From NCBI GenBank assembly GCA_026391715.1, contig JAPLDO010000078.1, positions 60,214 to 124,213 on the forward strand: DNA of 64,000 bases, given 5' to 3'. Below the pieces are notes generated by a model. That model saw only the letters and a list, made by a program, of their open reading frames with translations. It was not told the origin of the DNA and ran no database searches. Numbering within the stretch: position 1 is the stretch's first letter; each line of letters opens with the position of its first letter. A program made the position numbers and the translations under genes. Positions 46,401-51,604 of this stretch are shown piece after piece. Origin of the DNA: Bacteroidota bacterium. GTDB lineage: Bacteria; Bacteroidota; Bacteroidia; Bacteroidales; FEN-979.

Positions 46401-47247
46401 TTGTTGTAAGCGCCTCAGGCTGATAATTCAGCAATGTTGCGCCGCTGATGTTGGCGAAGGCAATATTGTCAACCGAACTCTGCCATTGGAAAGTATGGTT
46501 GGTTCCATTAGTTGGAGGCGTTCCAGTTAGTGGATTGGGAACCATTCCTGTGCATACCGACTGGTTTTCACTAATCGCCCCTACCAGCAGAGCGGGTAAA
46601 ATTGTAAGTGTAATTACATTTGTGTAATGCGGTCCATAACATGTTCCCGGATCATTCTGTATTTGCCTGAAATAATAAGTCAGGCTGTCAACTGATGTGT
46701 ACTGCGGGTTGGGCTGATAATTCTGATTTGTCGCTCCTGAAAGGTTAAAAAAGATAGACCCGGTTAAGGATAATTGCCATTGATAGGTTGGTGAAGTTCC
46801 TGTGGAAGGAGGAATGGCATGAAGCAGCCCCGGTAGAACGCCAGAGCAAACCGACTGATTGGGATAAATGGAACCTCCAACAAGGGCAGGCTTGATAGTG
46901 ATGGTAACCACATTCGTGGGTAGCGGACCACCTGTTGTTCCCTCGGCATTCTGCATTTGACGGTAATAGGTAGTAGTTGAAAGTACACCCGGTTGATAAG
47001 TAATTACTGTTGCGCCGACAATATCGGTAAACATGAAATTGTCGAGCGAACTTTGCCACTGGAAGGTTGGATTGGTTCCGTTTGCAGGACCAATACCAAC
47101 AAGCGGCGCCGGCGAAATGCCCGAACATATTGCCTGGTTAGCGCTGATGGAACCTACAATCAAAGGATCCTGAGCAAAGCCGCAGAGGCTGCCAAAGCTG
47201 ATTAAAAACACAATCAGCATTCTTACGAAAGTGTAGTTGTTTTTCAT
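31483..47247 (-). CDS. Giant (5,254-aa) modular T9SS-secreted surface protein built from Cys-containing Ig/PKD-like repeats
   Basis: Single uninterrupted 15.8-kb ORF. Signal MKNNYTFVRMLIVFLISFGSLCGFAQ. About 33 A modules (~90-93 aa, ..VGSISA.Q.IC.G..P..L.G..P.NGT.PTYQWQSS.DN.TF..I.GAT.LNYQPG....TYFRQMQ.ASG.CGGPLPTN). 12 B modules (~88 aa, LPTATISG...IC.G....L...TG..PW...Y.DG). 1 unique D module. 10 C modules (~84 aa, LPVPTITGP..VC.NSTGNVYTT..GMTGYTWTV.GG.I..G...N.ITVTW...G...V.VNYTN.NGC). T9SS CTD at the C-terminus. Confidence 0.9.
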   Translation of the reverse strand: MKNNYTFVRMLIVFLISFGSLCGFAQDPLIVGSISANQAICSGISPAPLVGIGPANGTNPTFQWQSSLDNFMFTDIVGATVITYQPGVLSTTTYYRQMQNAEGTTGGPLPTNVVTITIKPALVGGSIYPNQSVCSGVLPGLLHAIPPSTGTSPTYQWQLSLTGSIFFNLSGATNQNYQPNPQYTSVDSLTYYFRQIQNDPGTCYGPHYTNVITLTILPALLVGAISENQSVCTGMVPNPLTGTPPTNGTNHTFQWQSSVDNIAFANISGATLLNYQPEALTTTTWFRLQQNASSTCGGPLPTNVVTITVMPNLIVGSISADQSFCTGTLPVQLNGVAPTNGTSPTYQWQSSLDNITFNNIAGATSLNYLPGSVIVTTYFRQMQNASGICDGPKPTNVVTITVNPLPTATISGSASICKGFGAPISIAFTGAAPWNFTLYDGVMFYPVTGIIENPYNTIVLPLDSSLTYTIPVVSDANLCSNVGAGAAVITVIPRPTATISGDNTICDGSESTLIVDLTGSQPWTIDITNGTTTITVGGITHSPYTLNVSPEITTTYTVTSVIDATICPGFIFGSAVVTVNPLPAAVAGANRAICLGESTQIGSEPVAGNTYSWISNPAGFTSTQANPIVAPLATTKFIVVETITATGCFKSDSVVVSVNPLLAVGSISDNQTICAGTIPVQLNGVAPASGSEPTYQWQSSPDNITFGNIAGATLLNYQPGFLTVTTYFRQLQNASGTCDGPKATNVVAITVDPLPTATISGTTTICKGFGAPLSIAFTGTAPWNFTVYDGVMFYPVTGNLENPYNFSVLPLDGSLTYTVTVVSDATLCSNVGSGSAVVTVNEKPTAIISGDATICNGSSAVLSVALTGAQPWEITYSDGTTPVTVSGITVSPYTFSVSPTSTVTYTVTSVVDTKCPNLGEGSATVVVDQALEAGSISADQTICMGTLPDPLIGVAPWNGTSPTYQWQSSLDNITFSNIAGATSLNYQPAGVTGVTYFRQMQNATGVCGGPLPTNVVTITVNALPTATISGTATICKGFGSPLSIAFTGSAPWNFTLYDGVMFYPVTGINENPYNFSVLPLDSSLTYTVTVVSDATLCSNVGTGSAVVTVNPKPTAIISGDATICAGSSAVLSVALTGALPWDITYTDGTTPVTVTGITASPYTFSVSPTSTATYTVTSVVDTKCPNLGEGSATVVVDPNLAVGSISADQTICAGTLPGQLIGVAPSNGTSPTYQWQSSLDNITFTNITGATTLNYQPGGLTGINYFRQMQNASGTCGGPLPTNIVTISVSVDPELIVGSISADQTICAGTLPGQLIGVAPSNGTSPSYQWQSSLDNITFGNIAGATSLNYSPGVATGVTYFRQMQDATGTCGGPLPTNVVTITVNALPTATISGSAVICKGFGAPLTVALTGVAPWDFTYSDGVNLITLYGVTDPSYNLNVWPLSSMTYTVTDVSDATMCSNVGAGSAVVTVNERPTATISGDATICAGLSTVLSVALTGTLPWGITYTDGTTPVTVTGITASPYTFSVSPTAATTYTVTSVTDANCPNLGEGSATVVVDPTLAVGSISADQTICEGTLPGQLIGVAPSNGTSPTYQWQSSLDNITFSNIAGSTALNYQPGALTGVTYFRQMQNATGVCGGPLPTNVVTITVNALPTATISGSAVICKGFGAPLTVALTGVAPWDFTYSDGVNLITLYGVTDPLYNLNVWPLSSMTYTVTDVSDATLCSNIGSGSAVVTVNEKPTAIISGDATICAGSSAVLSVALTGALPWDITYSDGTTPVTVTGITASPYTFSVSPTSTTTYTVTSVTDTKCPNLGEGSATVVVDPNLAVGSISPNQTICAGTLPAQLIGVAPSNGTSPTYQWQSSMDNVTFSNIAGATSLNYQPDAATAITYFRQMQNASGTCGGPLPTNVVTITVNALPTATISGSAVICKDFGALLTVAFTGTPPWDFTYSNGVDLIPKYGITDPIYNITVYPESTMTYTIVVVSDATTCSNVGSGSAVVTVKPKPTAIMSGDATICSGSSAVLSVALTGVQPWDINYWDGTTLVTVIGITASPYTFSVSPASTKTYTVTVVTDATSCSNFGEGFATVVVDPALAVGSISADQTICAGTLPAQLIGVAPSNGTSPTYQWQSSLDNITFTNVAGATLLNYQPGALTVTTKYRQMQNATGVCGGPLPTNVVTITVNADPLLIVGSIGVNQSICSGSVPAQLTGIPPSTGTAPTYQWQSSLDNVTFININGATSLNYQPGAVTAVTYFRQMQDASGACGGPLPTNVVTISLNPDLIVGSIAADQTICMLTKPGQLNGVAPANGTAPTYQWQSSLDNLNFANINGATMLNYQPNLLSFTTYFRQLQNATGTCLGPLPTNTVTITINPDLIVGSIGSNQTIGSGSIPAMLTGIAPLNGTSPSYQWQISTDNITFTDISGAISLNYQPDALTSTTYFRLLQNALGTCAGPLPTNVVTITVNPALLVGSISANQSICAGQVPSQLVGIGPYNGTAPTYQWQSSLDNSTFTNITGATSLNYQPGAVNVITYFRQMQNASGASGGPLPTNVVTISMNPDLIVGSIGTSQIICEGAIPAQLTAVAPSNGTSPTYQWQSSLDNSTFTNIAGATTLNYQPGAVIVTTYFRQTQDASGACGGPLPTNVITISITPLLVVGSASADQNICNGETPSPLNALPPSNGTSPTYQWQSSLDNVTYTNIGGATALIYQPGALTVTTKYRQMQDASGTCGGPLPTNVATITVNADPLLIVGSIGVNQSICSGSIPAQLTGIPPSNGTAPTYQWQSSLDNSTFTNIAGATTLNYQPGAMTAVTYFRQTQDASGTCGGPLPTNVVTISITPQLVVGSVSANQSICSGGIPALLNSIPPANGTSQTYQWQSSLDNVTFTNIFGATVQTYQPGSITGVTYFRQMQDASGTCGGPLPTNVVTITVGVDPALIVGSIAANQSICSGSIPAQLTGIPPSTGTSPTYQWQSSLDNSTFTNIIGATSLNYQPGAVTAITYFRQIQNASGACGGPLTTNVVTISMNPALVVGSISANQTICAGAIPAQLTGVGPSNGTFPTYQWQSSLDNSTFTNISGATLLNYQPGALTSITYFRQTQNAFGACGGPLPTNVVTITVNPLLVVGSISANQAVCTGSIPAQLNGIAPTNGTSPTYQWQNSTDNITFTDIPGETSLNYQPGALIVTMYFRQMQNASGVCGGPLPTNVVVITVNPDLVVGSISANQSVCAGTIPAQLIGVGPSNGTSPTYQWQSSLDNITFGNIAGATSLNYQPGAVTAITYFRQMQDASGTCGGPLPTNVVTISMSPDLVVGSISANQTICTGTIPAQLTGVGPSNGTSPTYQWQSSLDNSTFTNISGATLLNYQPGALTGIAYFRQMQDASGVCSGPLPTNVVTITVNPLLVVGSISANQTVCTGSIPAQLNGVAPANGTLPTYQWQNSTDNITFTDIPGETGLNYQPGALIVTMYFRQMQDASGTCGGPLPTNVVTITVNPDLVVGSIAADQSVCSNTLPALLTATPPANGTAPTYQWQSSLDNITFSNIIGATSQNYQSGLLSVTTYFRQMQNASGTCGGPLPTNVVTITVSEALVVGSISADQTICSGFAPALLIGVPPSNGTLPTYQWQSSLTNFTFTDINGATDLNYQPGILTNTIYYRLMQNATGVCGGPLPTNVVAVTVTPTLAVGSISADQTICNGSIPALLTGVPPSNGSSPVYQWQSSLDNVTFTNIIGATSLNYQPGSLTAITYFRLMQDASGACGGPLPTNTVTITVGAFPALIVGSISGNQSLCIGNVPALLTGTPPSNGTLPTYQWQSALDNFSFTDINGATALNYQPGALAATIYYRQMQNAQGTCGGPLSTNVVTITVNPPLAVGSISADQAICSGSIPALLNGVAPSNGTAPTYQWQSSLNGSSFANISGATMLNYQPGALTVTTYYRQMQDASGTCGGPLATNIVTITMNPTIVVGSISANQAICSGAIPALLNGVAPSNGTAPTYQWQSSLNGSTFANISGATMLNYQPGALTVTTYYRQMQDASGTCGGPLPTNMVTISMNPTIVVGSISASQAICSGAIPALLNGVAPSNGTSPTYQWQSSLDGSSFNNISGATMLNYQPGALTVTTYYRQQQNASGACGGPAPTNIVTITMNPTIAVGSISADQAICIGAIPALLNGVAPSNGTAPTYQWQSSLSSSGFANISGATMLNYQPGALTVTTYYRQMQNASGTCGGPLPTNFVIITVNPLPVPTITGPASVCLNSTGNVYTTQAGMTGYTWTVTGGLITAGNGTNAITVTWNTVGAKTVCVNYTNANGCTATTPVCYNVTVNPLPVPTITGPASVCLNSTGNVYTTQTGMTGYTWTVTGGAITAGSLTNSITVTWNTVGVGTVCVNYTNANGCTAATPVCYNVTVNPLPVPTITGPASVCLNSTGNVYTTQTGMTGYTWTVTGGAITAGAVTNSITVTWNTVGVGTVCVNYTNANGCTATTPVCYNVTVNPLPVPTITGPAIVCLNSTGNVYTTQAGMTGYTWTVTGGAITAGVGTNAVTITWNSIGVKTVCVNYTNANGCTALAPVCYNVTVNPLPVPTITGAASACVNSTGNVYTTEAGMTGYSWTVSGGAATGVTTNTITVTWNTVGVQTITVNYTNANGCSASTPTSKTVTVNPLPVPTITGPSSVCVGTTSNVYTTEAGMTGYTWTVAAGGNITSGGATNAITVTWTSAGAKTVCVNYTNTNGCTAAAPTCYNVTVNAIPTPTITGPATVCQGATATYTTQTGMTNYLWTVAGGTIISGGSTTSNTITITWNIVGNQAVTVNYTSGCPGSAPVTYNVTVNPTPVPTIGSTNNPCIGSTNNVYYTESGMTGYIWTVSNGTISSGQGTSVLTVTWTQPGIQTVTVNYTNASGCSAPQPTVYTVFVNSPPNAANPITGTATVCAGTNGVVYSTTPIVGATSYNWVVTGGGTFTGQGTTSITVNFPANATSGAVKVEGMNQCGPGPSSTFAVTVNPLPAAAGTITGPTSVCAGSSGVTYTVPAIANATSYLWTVTGATFTGTANSIVVNFSVNPGTVVITVKGVNSCGSGVVSPSFTVTVNPIPAAPVVTAAGAVLTSSATTGNQWYYEGTGLLPGAVNQTYTATITGWYWSVVTVNGCSSDTSNHVYVLFVGQDELPGSSFNVYPVPNNGNFRVAITTPSEEIFTIRVYNQLGVMVYEMNDARTIGGKFNSQVNLNDVADGLYSVVFLNEQHKVIRKMIVSKLVRE
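31486..31752 (-). other. T9SS type A C-terminal sorting domain of the giant protein
   Basis: The last 89 aa are GSSFNVYPVPNNGNFRVAITTPSEEIFTIRVYNQLGVMVYEMN...GLYSVVFLNEQHKVIRKMIVSKLVRE. This is the same pattern as the four neighbouring cargo proteins. Confidence 0.8.
31981..34512 (-). repeat. Ten tandem C-type modules (about 252-nt period; first four near-identical)
   Basis: Boundaries are mapped from codons: L of the first LPVPTITG at 34512-34510, and the final ...FTVTVNP Pro codon at 31983-31981. C1-C4 differ at only a few residues. Confidence 0.85.
34513..40953 (-). repeat. Uninterrupted run of 23 A-type modules (270-282-nt period)
   Basis: 6,441 nt over 23 modules gives about 93 aa each. 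The YQWQ motif was counted 23 times in this span. The last four modules (34.5-35.6 kb) are near-identical with a 270-nt period, visible as paralogous shadow ORFs at 34931 and 35201. Confidence 0.85.
40954..45267 (-). repeat. [A-B-B'] supermodule region (804-nt period in the best-conserved copies)
   Basis: Order is A5-B-B', A6-B-B', A7, A8-B-B', A9-B-B', A10-B-B'. Near-identical plus-strand shadow ORFs start at 42161 and 42965, exactly 804 nt apart, with a related one at 41342. Confidence 0.85.
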
Positions 47248-47488
47248 TGATTTGAATTTATCATTTATATTGAAATAAAATAATTAATAGCCATTTGGAA
47301 ACTCCGGATTGCTATAAAACCAAATATTCCAAAACTGTTCCTGTTTGAAATAGTACGGAGACATTTCAATAGAAATCAGTATGGATATAGTTGGTAATAA
47401 CGACTGGGCAAAAATACAATAAAAATACTATTATTTATATATGCTGCGGATAAAATGAATTTTTCAGGGAAATCCGAGACCGGGAAAT

Positions 47489-49816
47489 CTACATAGTCAA
47501 AATGTAAAATCTATCAAGAATCAGACAGACTGACCACATCAATGCGATAATCGCAAACAATACCGAAGCCAGAGGAAATATCTTTTCCAACAGCGATTCA
47601 CGTTCCGAATTTTGTTCAGAACTTTTTTTCCTGACGACTTTTTTCCTTTTCATCTCCGATTGGCTGTTGTTGGGCGTCAAGACCAAAAGTCGCGATACGC
47701 TATTGTTGTAAAAAAGCAGGAATAGCAGTGGACTTATAGCAATGAAGTACCTCCCCTGAACCGCAATGATCGAACTGCTTCCTACCGGATTACAGTAAAG
47801 ATACATTGCGGTTTCGATTAACGCGAATGTAAGCAGCAAAGTTCCAAAAAGGATTAGCTTTTTTACTATCCCAAAGTGAATTCCCGGCGACGGCGAAAGG
47901 AGAGATAGAATTAGAAGGATTGTCAGATAGATATAAGCCAGCGCCTCCGGCACCTGGGTGTCTATCCATCCAAACAGTCCGATAATACTAATTAAATATA
48001 GATTACCGGATTTTATAATGGTATTAAAAATAATTCCTATGTATGTGATGGGGTTCTTTATAATAAAGTTCTTCTGCTCTGCCGGATTGAAAGGACTGGC
48101 AACTGGTTGAGTTACTGTTTGAGTTGAATCGGCGGCGGTATTCTGGTTAGTTTCCGAAGGATTACCCACCGGTTTTGTTTCCGGTTGTGACCGCGCCGGC
48201 TGATTCTGCCGGGTTTGGGGTGGAGGAGGTAAAGCCATAGCCAGCGTTTTGTCGTTTGTTGTCAGTTGTCCGGAAAACAGGTCGGCAGACACGAATCCGG
48301 CAAGCTGAATTCCTGTTCGTGAAGGAAAAGTAGCGAGCTTTTCCATGAACTTCTTCACAGGAACCCAAAGTTGTGAAACCACGAGACACATAATAATCAG
48401 ACCGGTAAATACAGCAATGTATTTCCTGATAGAACCAACCCTGACCGCCGGAATTATTAAAAAAGTCAGAATTATTAAAAAATATGGCGGTTTTGAAGCC
48501 GCAAGCATAAAGGAAATTGTAAAAAGCCAGACGAGCGCCCGATTCGTAACGTTTGATGACTTATCAAATGCAAGTTTCAGAATAAATGCAAGCAAAAGGA
48601 ATGACAAACATATCGTTCCGGCATCATACGACAAAGAGGCAAACTGATAAAGCGACATCGGTAAAATACCGAGTAATAAAAATACCCATTTGAAAACAGG
48701 GGTTATTCTGATGGCAAGAAAAACCAGGAACAGGGTTGCCAGAAGGTTGAATAACCTGCCCAAATAAAAAAGCCATAAGAGGTTAAAACCAAGTAATTTT
48801 CCCATGAAAATACCAAGAGACTGGGGAATATAAGGAATTATATAATCCGGAGATACGGTATGAGTCCTTTCGCCGGGGTTAGTTTGAATTTTCGCAAGTG
48901 AAAGAATCTCCTCGCAGTTTGTTTTTTCGTGGGTACTGAACTGCATCCTGCTAGTTGTGTCAACCATCTTAACCAGAGATTTTGGAATTTCATCCTTCAT
49001 TTTAAAAAGGTTGAAATCAGATACCTGATAAGAACGGTAGAAATGCGCCGGTTCATCGGGAACCTGAAAAGGTGGTGTAATTATCAGCATAATCATTCCG
49101 AATACCAGTGAAATAACTCCAAAAACATATTCTGGTTTAATGCGAACCTGTAGGATGAATGGCATTATTCTATTGCCCTTCAGGATCATCATTGCGATAA
49201 GAAATGCGATGAAGTATAGAAAAATCTGGAAAACCGAAAAAAAGCGCCAATTGCTTTCATAGGTTCTTACGCCAAGAGTTCCTTTAAAATCAACCAACGA
49301 CTGCCGGTTGACAAAGCTTTGTAAAACATCATTGTTGAGAATTGGCATTACATAGAGTTTTCCGATGTTGCCGTTCTCTTTCCTTGCAAGACCGATATAA
49401 CTTTGCTGGTCTCCATCAATGGAATATATACATGCATACACCTTTTTTCCCTTCCCGATATCAAAAGTATTTCCGAAATTAAAAGGAAAATGCAGCGCCT
49501 CCCCGAAATCGGTTGAAGAAAACCGTTTTGTAAACAGTATCCTTTGCTGGTCGTCAATCAGAAGAAAAACATTTGAATTGTTGTATTGACTCGGCAGCTT
49601 TGCGATGTAAATCTCAATCCTTGAAAGATAACGTTGTTTCATGGTTACCTCCTGAACAAACAGAAAATCTTTCAAAACTGCGCCGTACTGAATGCCGTGG
49701 CTTAGCACAACCTGCTGGGCGGGGATAAAGTAATGAAACGCGGTAGTGAATGCAATTAACAAGGATGCAACGAGAAAGAACACTAAGCTTATCAAAGGTA
49801 ACCGGTATTTTTTCAT
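47489..49816 (-). CDS. DUF2142-like polytopic membrane protein
   Basis: 775 aa. N-terminal TM plus a ~170-aa extracytoplasmic region, then many TM helices. Signature PPFQVPDEPAHFYRSYQVSD (PDE..H motif of DUF2142). Internal P/Q/T-rich linker (ALPPPPQTRQNQPARSQPETKP...). Confidence 0.65.
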   Translation of the reverse strand: MKKYRLPLISLVFFLVASLLIAFTTAFHYFIPAQQVVLSHGIQYGAVLKDFLFVQEVTMKQRYLSRIEIYIAKLPSQYNNSNVFLLIDDQQRILFTKRFSSTDFGEALHFPFNFGNTFDIGKGKKVYACIYSIDGDQQSYIGLARKENGNIGKLYVMPILNNDVLQSFVNRQSLVDFKGTLGVRTYESNWRFFSVFQIFLYFIAFLIAMMILKGNRIMPFILQVRIKPEYVFGVISLVFGMIMLIITPPFQVPDEPAHFYRSYQVSDFNLFKMKDEIPKSLVKMVDTTSRMQFSTHEKTNCEEILSLAKIQTNPGERTHTVSPDYIIPYIPQSLGIFMGKLLGFNLLWLFYLGRLFNLLATLFLVFLAIRITPVFKWVFLLLGILPMSLYQFASLSYDAGTICLSFLLLAFILKLAFDKSSNVTNRALVWLFTISFMLAASKPPYFLIILTFLIIPAVRVGSIRKYIAVFTGLIIMCLVVSQLWVPVKKFMEKLATFPSRTGIQLAGFVSADLFSGQLTTNDKTLAMALPPPPQTRQNQPARSQPETKPVGNPSETNQNTAADSTQTVTQPVASPFNPAEQKNFIIKNPITYIGIIFNTIIKSGNLYLISIIGLFGWIDTQVPEALAYIYLTILLILSLLSPSPGIHFGIVKKLILFGTLLLTFALIETAMYLYCNPVGSSSIIAVQGRYFIAISPLLFLLFYNNSVSRLLVLTPNNSQSEMKRKKVVRKKSSEQNSERESLLEKIFPLASVLFAIIALMWSVCLILDRFYILTM

Positions 49817-49819
49817 GGG

Positions 49820-51106
49820 TCAGATTTCGTTCTTTGTAATAATCAACTTATCAATTCGGTTGCCATCGAGGTCAACAACCTCAAACTCATATTCCCGCCA
49901 TACAAACTTTTCGCCGGGTCTGGGAATATGTTTAAGGATGCTCATAGCGAGACCTGCAAGGGTATCGAATTTGATTTTACCTTTATCAAACCCCTGGATA
50001 TTGAATTTGTAAGCAAATTCGTAAAACGACATCTGTCCGTCGGCAAGCCAGCTTCCGTCATCACGCTGATTGATTTGCGGTTCGTCGGGATTTGGTTCGT
50101 TGAAATCGCCAACAAGCGCTTCCAGAATATCATTGAGGGTAACCATCCCAACCGTTGAGCCGTATTCATCAACAACCAATCCATAGTGGATTTTATTTTG
50201 CTTAAACAATTCCAACGTTTCATAAGCTGTGATAGCTTCATGAACAAACTGGGCAGGTTTCAATCGGTCGCGGATGTTGAAGTTTTCGTCGCAGATATTT
50301 TCCAGAAAAAGGTCTTTGATCAGGATCACCCCCAGAACATTATCAAGGTCGTCTTCACAAACCGGATATACCGAATGCAGCTCTGTCCTTATTTTATTTC
50401 GAATAACTTCGGGAGAGTCATTGATGTCGAGCCATTCAAGGTCAGAATGGTGAGTCATCAGGGAAGAGACCTTTCTGTCGCCAAGGTGAAAAACGCGCTC
50501 GACGATATCCTGTTCAATCTCCTGAACTTCTCCATCTTCGGCTCCCTCCTGAACCATCGCTTTTATCTCCTCTTCGGTTACCTTCGATTCAGGCGACGGC
50601 TTGATATTCATAAGGCGAACTATCAAATCGCTGGTTTTGGACAATAACCATGTGAAGGGATAAGTAATGTAGGCAAGCATCAGCAAAAACGGCACCATCG
50701 CCTTTGCAATACTCTCCGGGTTTGCGAGTCCGATCTGCTTTGGCACCAGCTCGCCAATCACCAGCGACAAAAATGCAACCAGCGTAACCACGACCACAAT
50801 GGCGAAGGTAGCGCTAAGGGTAGCGCTCAGTCCTGCCTGAGTAAGCAGGGTTGTCATGCCACCGGCAAATGCCGCTCCCGAATACACGCCCGTTAGTATT
50901 CCAATCAGCGTAATTACAAGTTGAATGGTTGAAATAATCCGCGAAGGCGAGTTTGCATTATCCAAAGCAAGTTTTGCCGATTTATCGCCCCGCTGCGCAT
51001 CAATATCGAGTTTGGTTTTGCGCGCCGAAACAAGGGCAATTTCGGTCATTGACAACAACCCGTTTATAATAAAAAGAAAAAGTATAACGATAATATCTGA
51101 AATCAT
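49820..51106 (-). CDS. CNNM/HlyC-CorC family transporter (DUF21 + CBS pair + CorC_HlyC)
   Basis: 428 aa. N-terminal 4-TM DUF21 (LSMTEIALVSARKTKL), CBS pair (VFHLGDRKVSSLMTHHSDL...; HYGLVVDEYGSTVGMVTLNDILEALVGDF), C-terminal transporter-associated domain (GEKFVWREYEFEVVDLDGNRIDKLIITK). Confidence 0.9.
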   Translation of the reverse strand: MISDIIVILFLFIINGLLSMTEIALVSARKTKLDIDAQRGDKSAKLALDNANSPSRIISTIQLVITLIGILTGVYSGAAFAGGMTTLLTQAGLSATLSATFAIVVVVTLVAFLSLVIGELVPKQIGLANPESIAKAMVPFLLMLAYITYPFTWLLSKTSDLIVRLMNIKPSPESKVTEEEIKAMVQEGAEDGEVQEIEQDIVERVFHLGDRKVSSLMTHHSDLEWLDINDSPEVIRNKIRTELHSVYPVCEDDLDNVLGVILIKDLFLENICDENFNIRDRLKPAQFVHEAITAYETLELFKQNKIHYGLVVDEYGSTVGMVTLNDILEALVGDFNEPNPDEPQINQRDDGSWLADGQMSFYEFAYKFNIQGFDKGKIKFDTLAGLAMSILKHIPRPGEKFVWREYEFEVVDLDGNRIDKLIITKNEI

Positions 51107-51129
51107 ATAGCTAAAAATTCAACTGCTTA

Positions 51130-51137
51130 CAAATATA
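51130..51137 (-). promoter_or_regulatory. Candidate -7 promoter box (TATATTTG on minus strand)
   Basis: Plus-strand caaatata matches TAnnTTTG on the minus strand, 24 nt upstream of the ATG at 51106. Confidence 0.4.
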
Positions 51138-51285
51138 CAAATAAACTGATGGATCAGAAATTATACTCAAAACGGGATAAACGGCGCATTTTAAAGATTC
51201 CAGATTTCAGGTTCGAATGTTCAAAGTTGAGCCTAATCCGAAAAGGAAGCAATTTGGACTAAAGTCCAGTAACTATCTGTTTATC

Positions 51286-51315
51286 AATTGCCACTACCTT
51301 AAGGTAGTGGCAATT
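51286..51315. repeat. Perfect 30-bp palindrome (13-bp arms, TTAA centre)
   Basis: aattgccactacc-ttaa-ggtagtggcaatt, read directly. No U-tract on either side. Lies in the divergent region between the CNNM gene and tRNA-Arg. A smaller palindrome tggact-aa-agtcca is at 51255-51268. Confidence 0.9.
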
Positions 51316-51382
51316 CAATTTGCTGACATTCCGGGCTTTAGCCAAATTATTATTTTTCTAACTACTTTTCGGAGCGGACTCA

Positions 51383-51410
51383 AACCTGAAACCTGAAACC
51401 TGTAACCTGG
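51383..51410. repeat. Heptamer tandem repeat AACCTGA x2 plus AACCTGT and AACCTGG
   Basis: Read directly; units start at 51383, 51390, 51397 and 51404. Confidence 0.85.
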
Positions 51411-51464
51411 TATATCTTCCCGTTGGTGGAGACACAAATTGCATTCACAATGGAAAAAATTGTG

Positions 51465-51472
51465 TAATTTTG
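51465..51472 (+). promoter_or_regulatory. Candidate -7 promoter box TAATTTTG for tRNA-Arg
   Basis: Exact TAnnTTTG match ending 11 nt before the mature tRNA 5' end. Only a weak ATTG is present as a possible -33 element (51438-51441). Confidence 0.45.
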
Positions 51473-51482
51473 CCCTGTTTCA

Positions 51483-51554
51483 GGCCCTGTAGTTCAATGG
51501 ATAGAACGGAAGTTTCCTAAACTTTAAATCCAGGTTCGATTCCTGGTGGGGCTA
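51483..51554 (+). tRNA. tRNA-Arg (anticodon CCT)
   Basis: Manual fold. Acceptor GGCCCTG/TGGGGCT (3 G-T wobbles). D stem GTTC/GAAC with loop AATGGATA. Anticodon stem GAAGT/ACTTT with loop TTCCTAA. Variable AAAT. T stem CCAGG/CCTGG with loop TTCGATT. Discriminator A. CCA is not encoded. Confidence 0.85.
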
Positions 51555-51580
51555 CAAATCAAAAATTATCCCATTAAACC

Positions 51581-51601
51581 CCTCGTCCCTCGTCCCTCGT
51601 C
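51581..51601. repeat. Heptamer tandem repeat (CCTCGTC)x3
   Basis: Read directly. Lies between the tRNA 3' end and the convergent sufD stop (51605), followed by TTTTTA. Confidence 0.85.
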
Positions 51602-51604
51602 TTT

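Noticed and set aside
31912-47205. Some 25 short ORFs on both strands inside the giant gene (for example 43261..43638 +, 46745..47128 -)
   Set aside because: All are embedded in one continuous 15.8-kb reading frame with strong repeat-level conservation. Their recurrence at the repeat period (804 or 270 nt) shows they are frame shadows of the repeats.
51107-51604. tRNA-adjacent genomic island or integrated element
   Set aside because: No integrase, recombinase, or direct repeat of the tRNA 3' end was found on either side. The flanking genes (CNNM transporter, sufD) are housekeeping.
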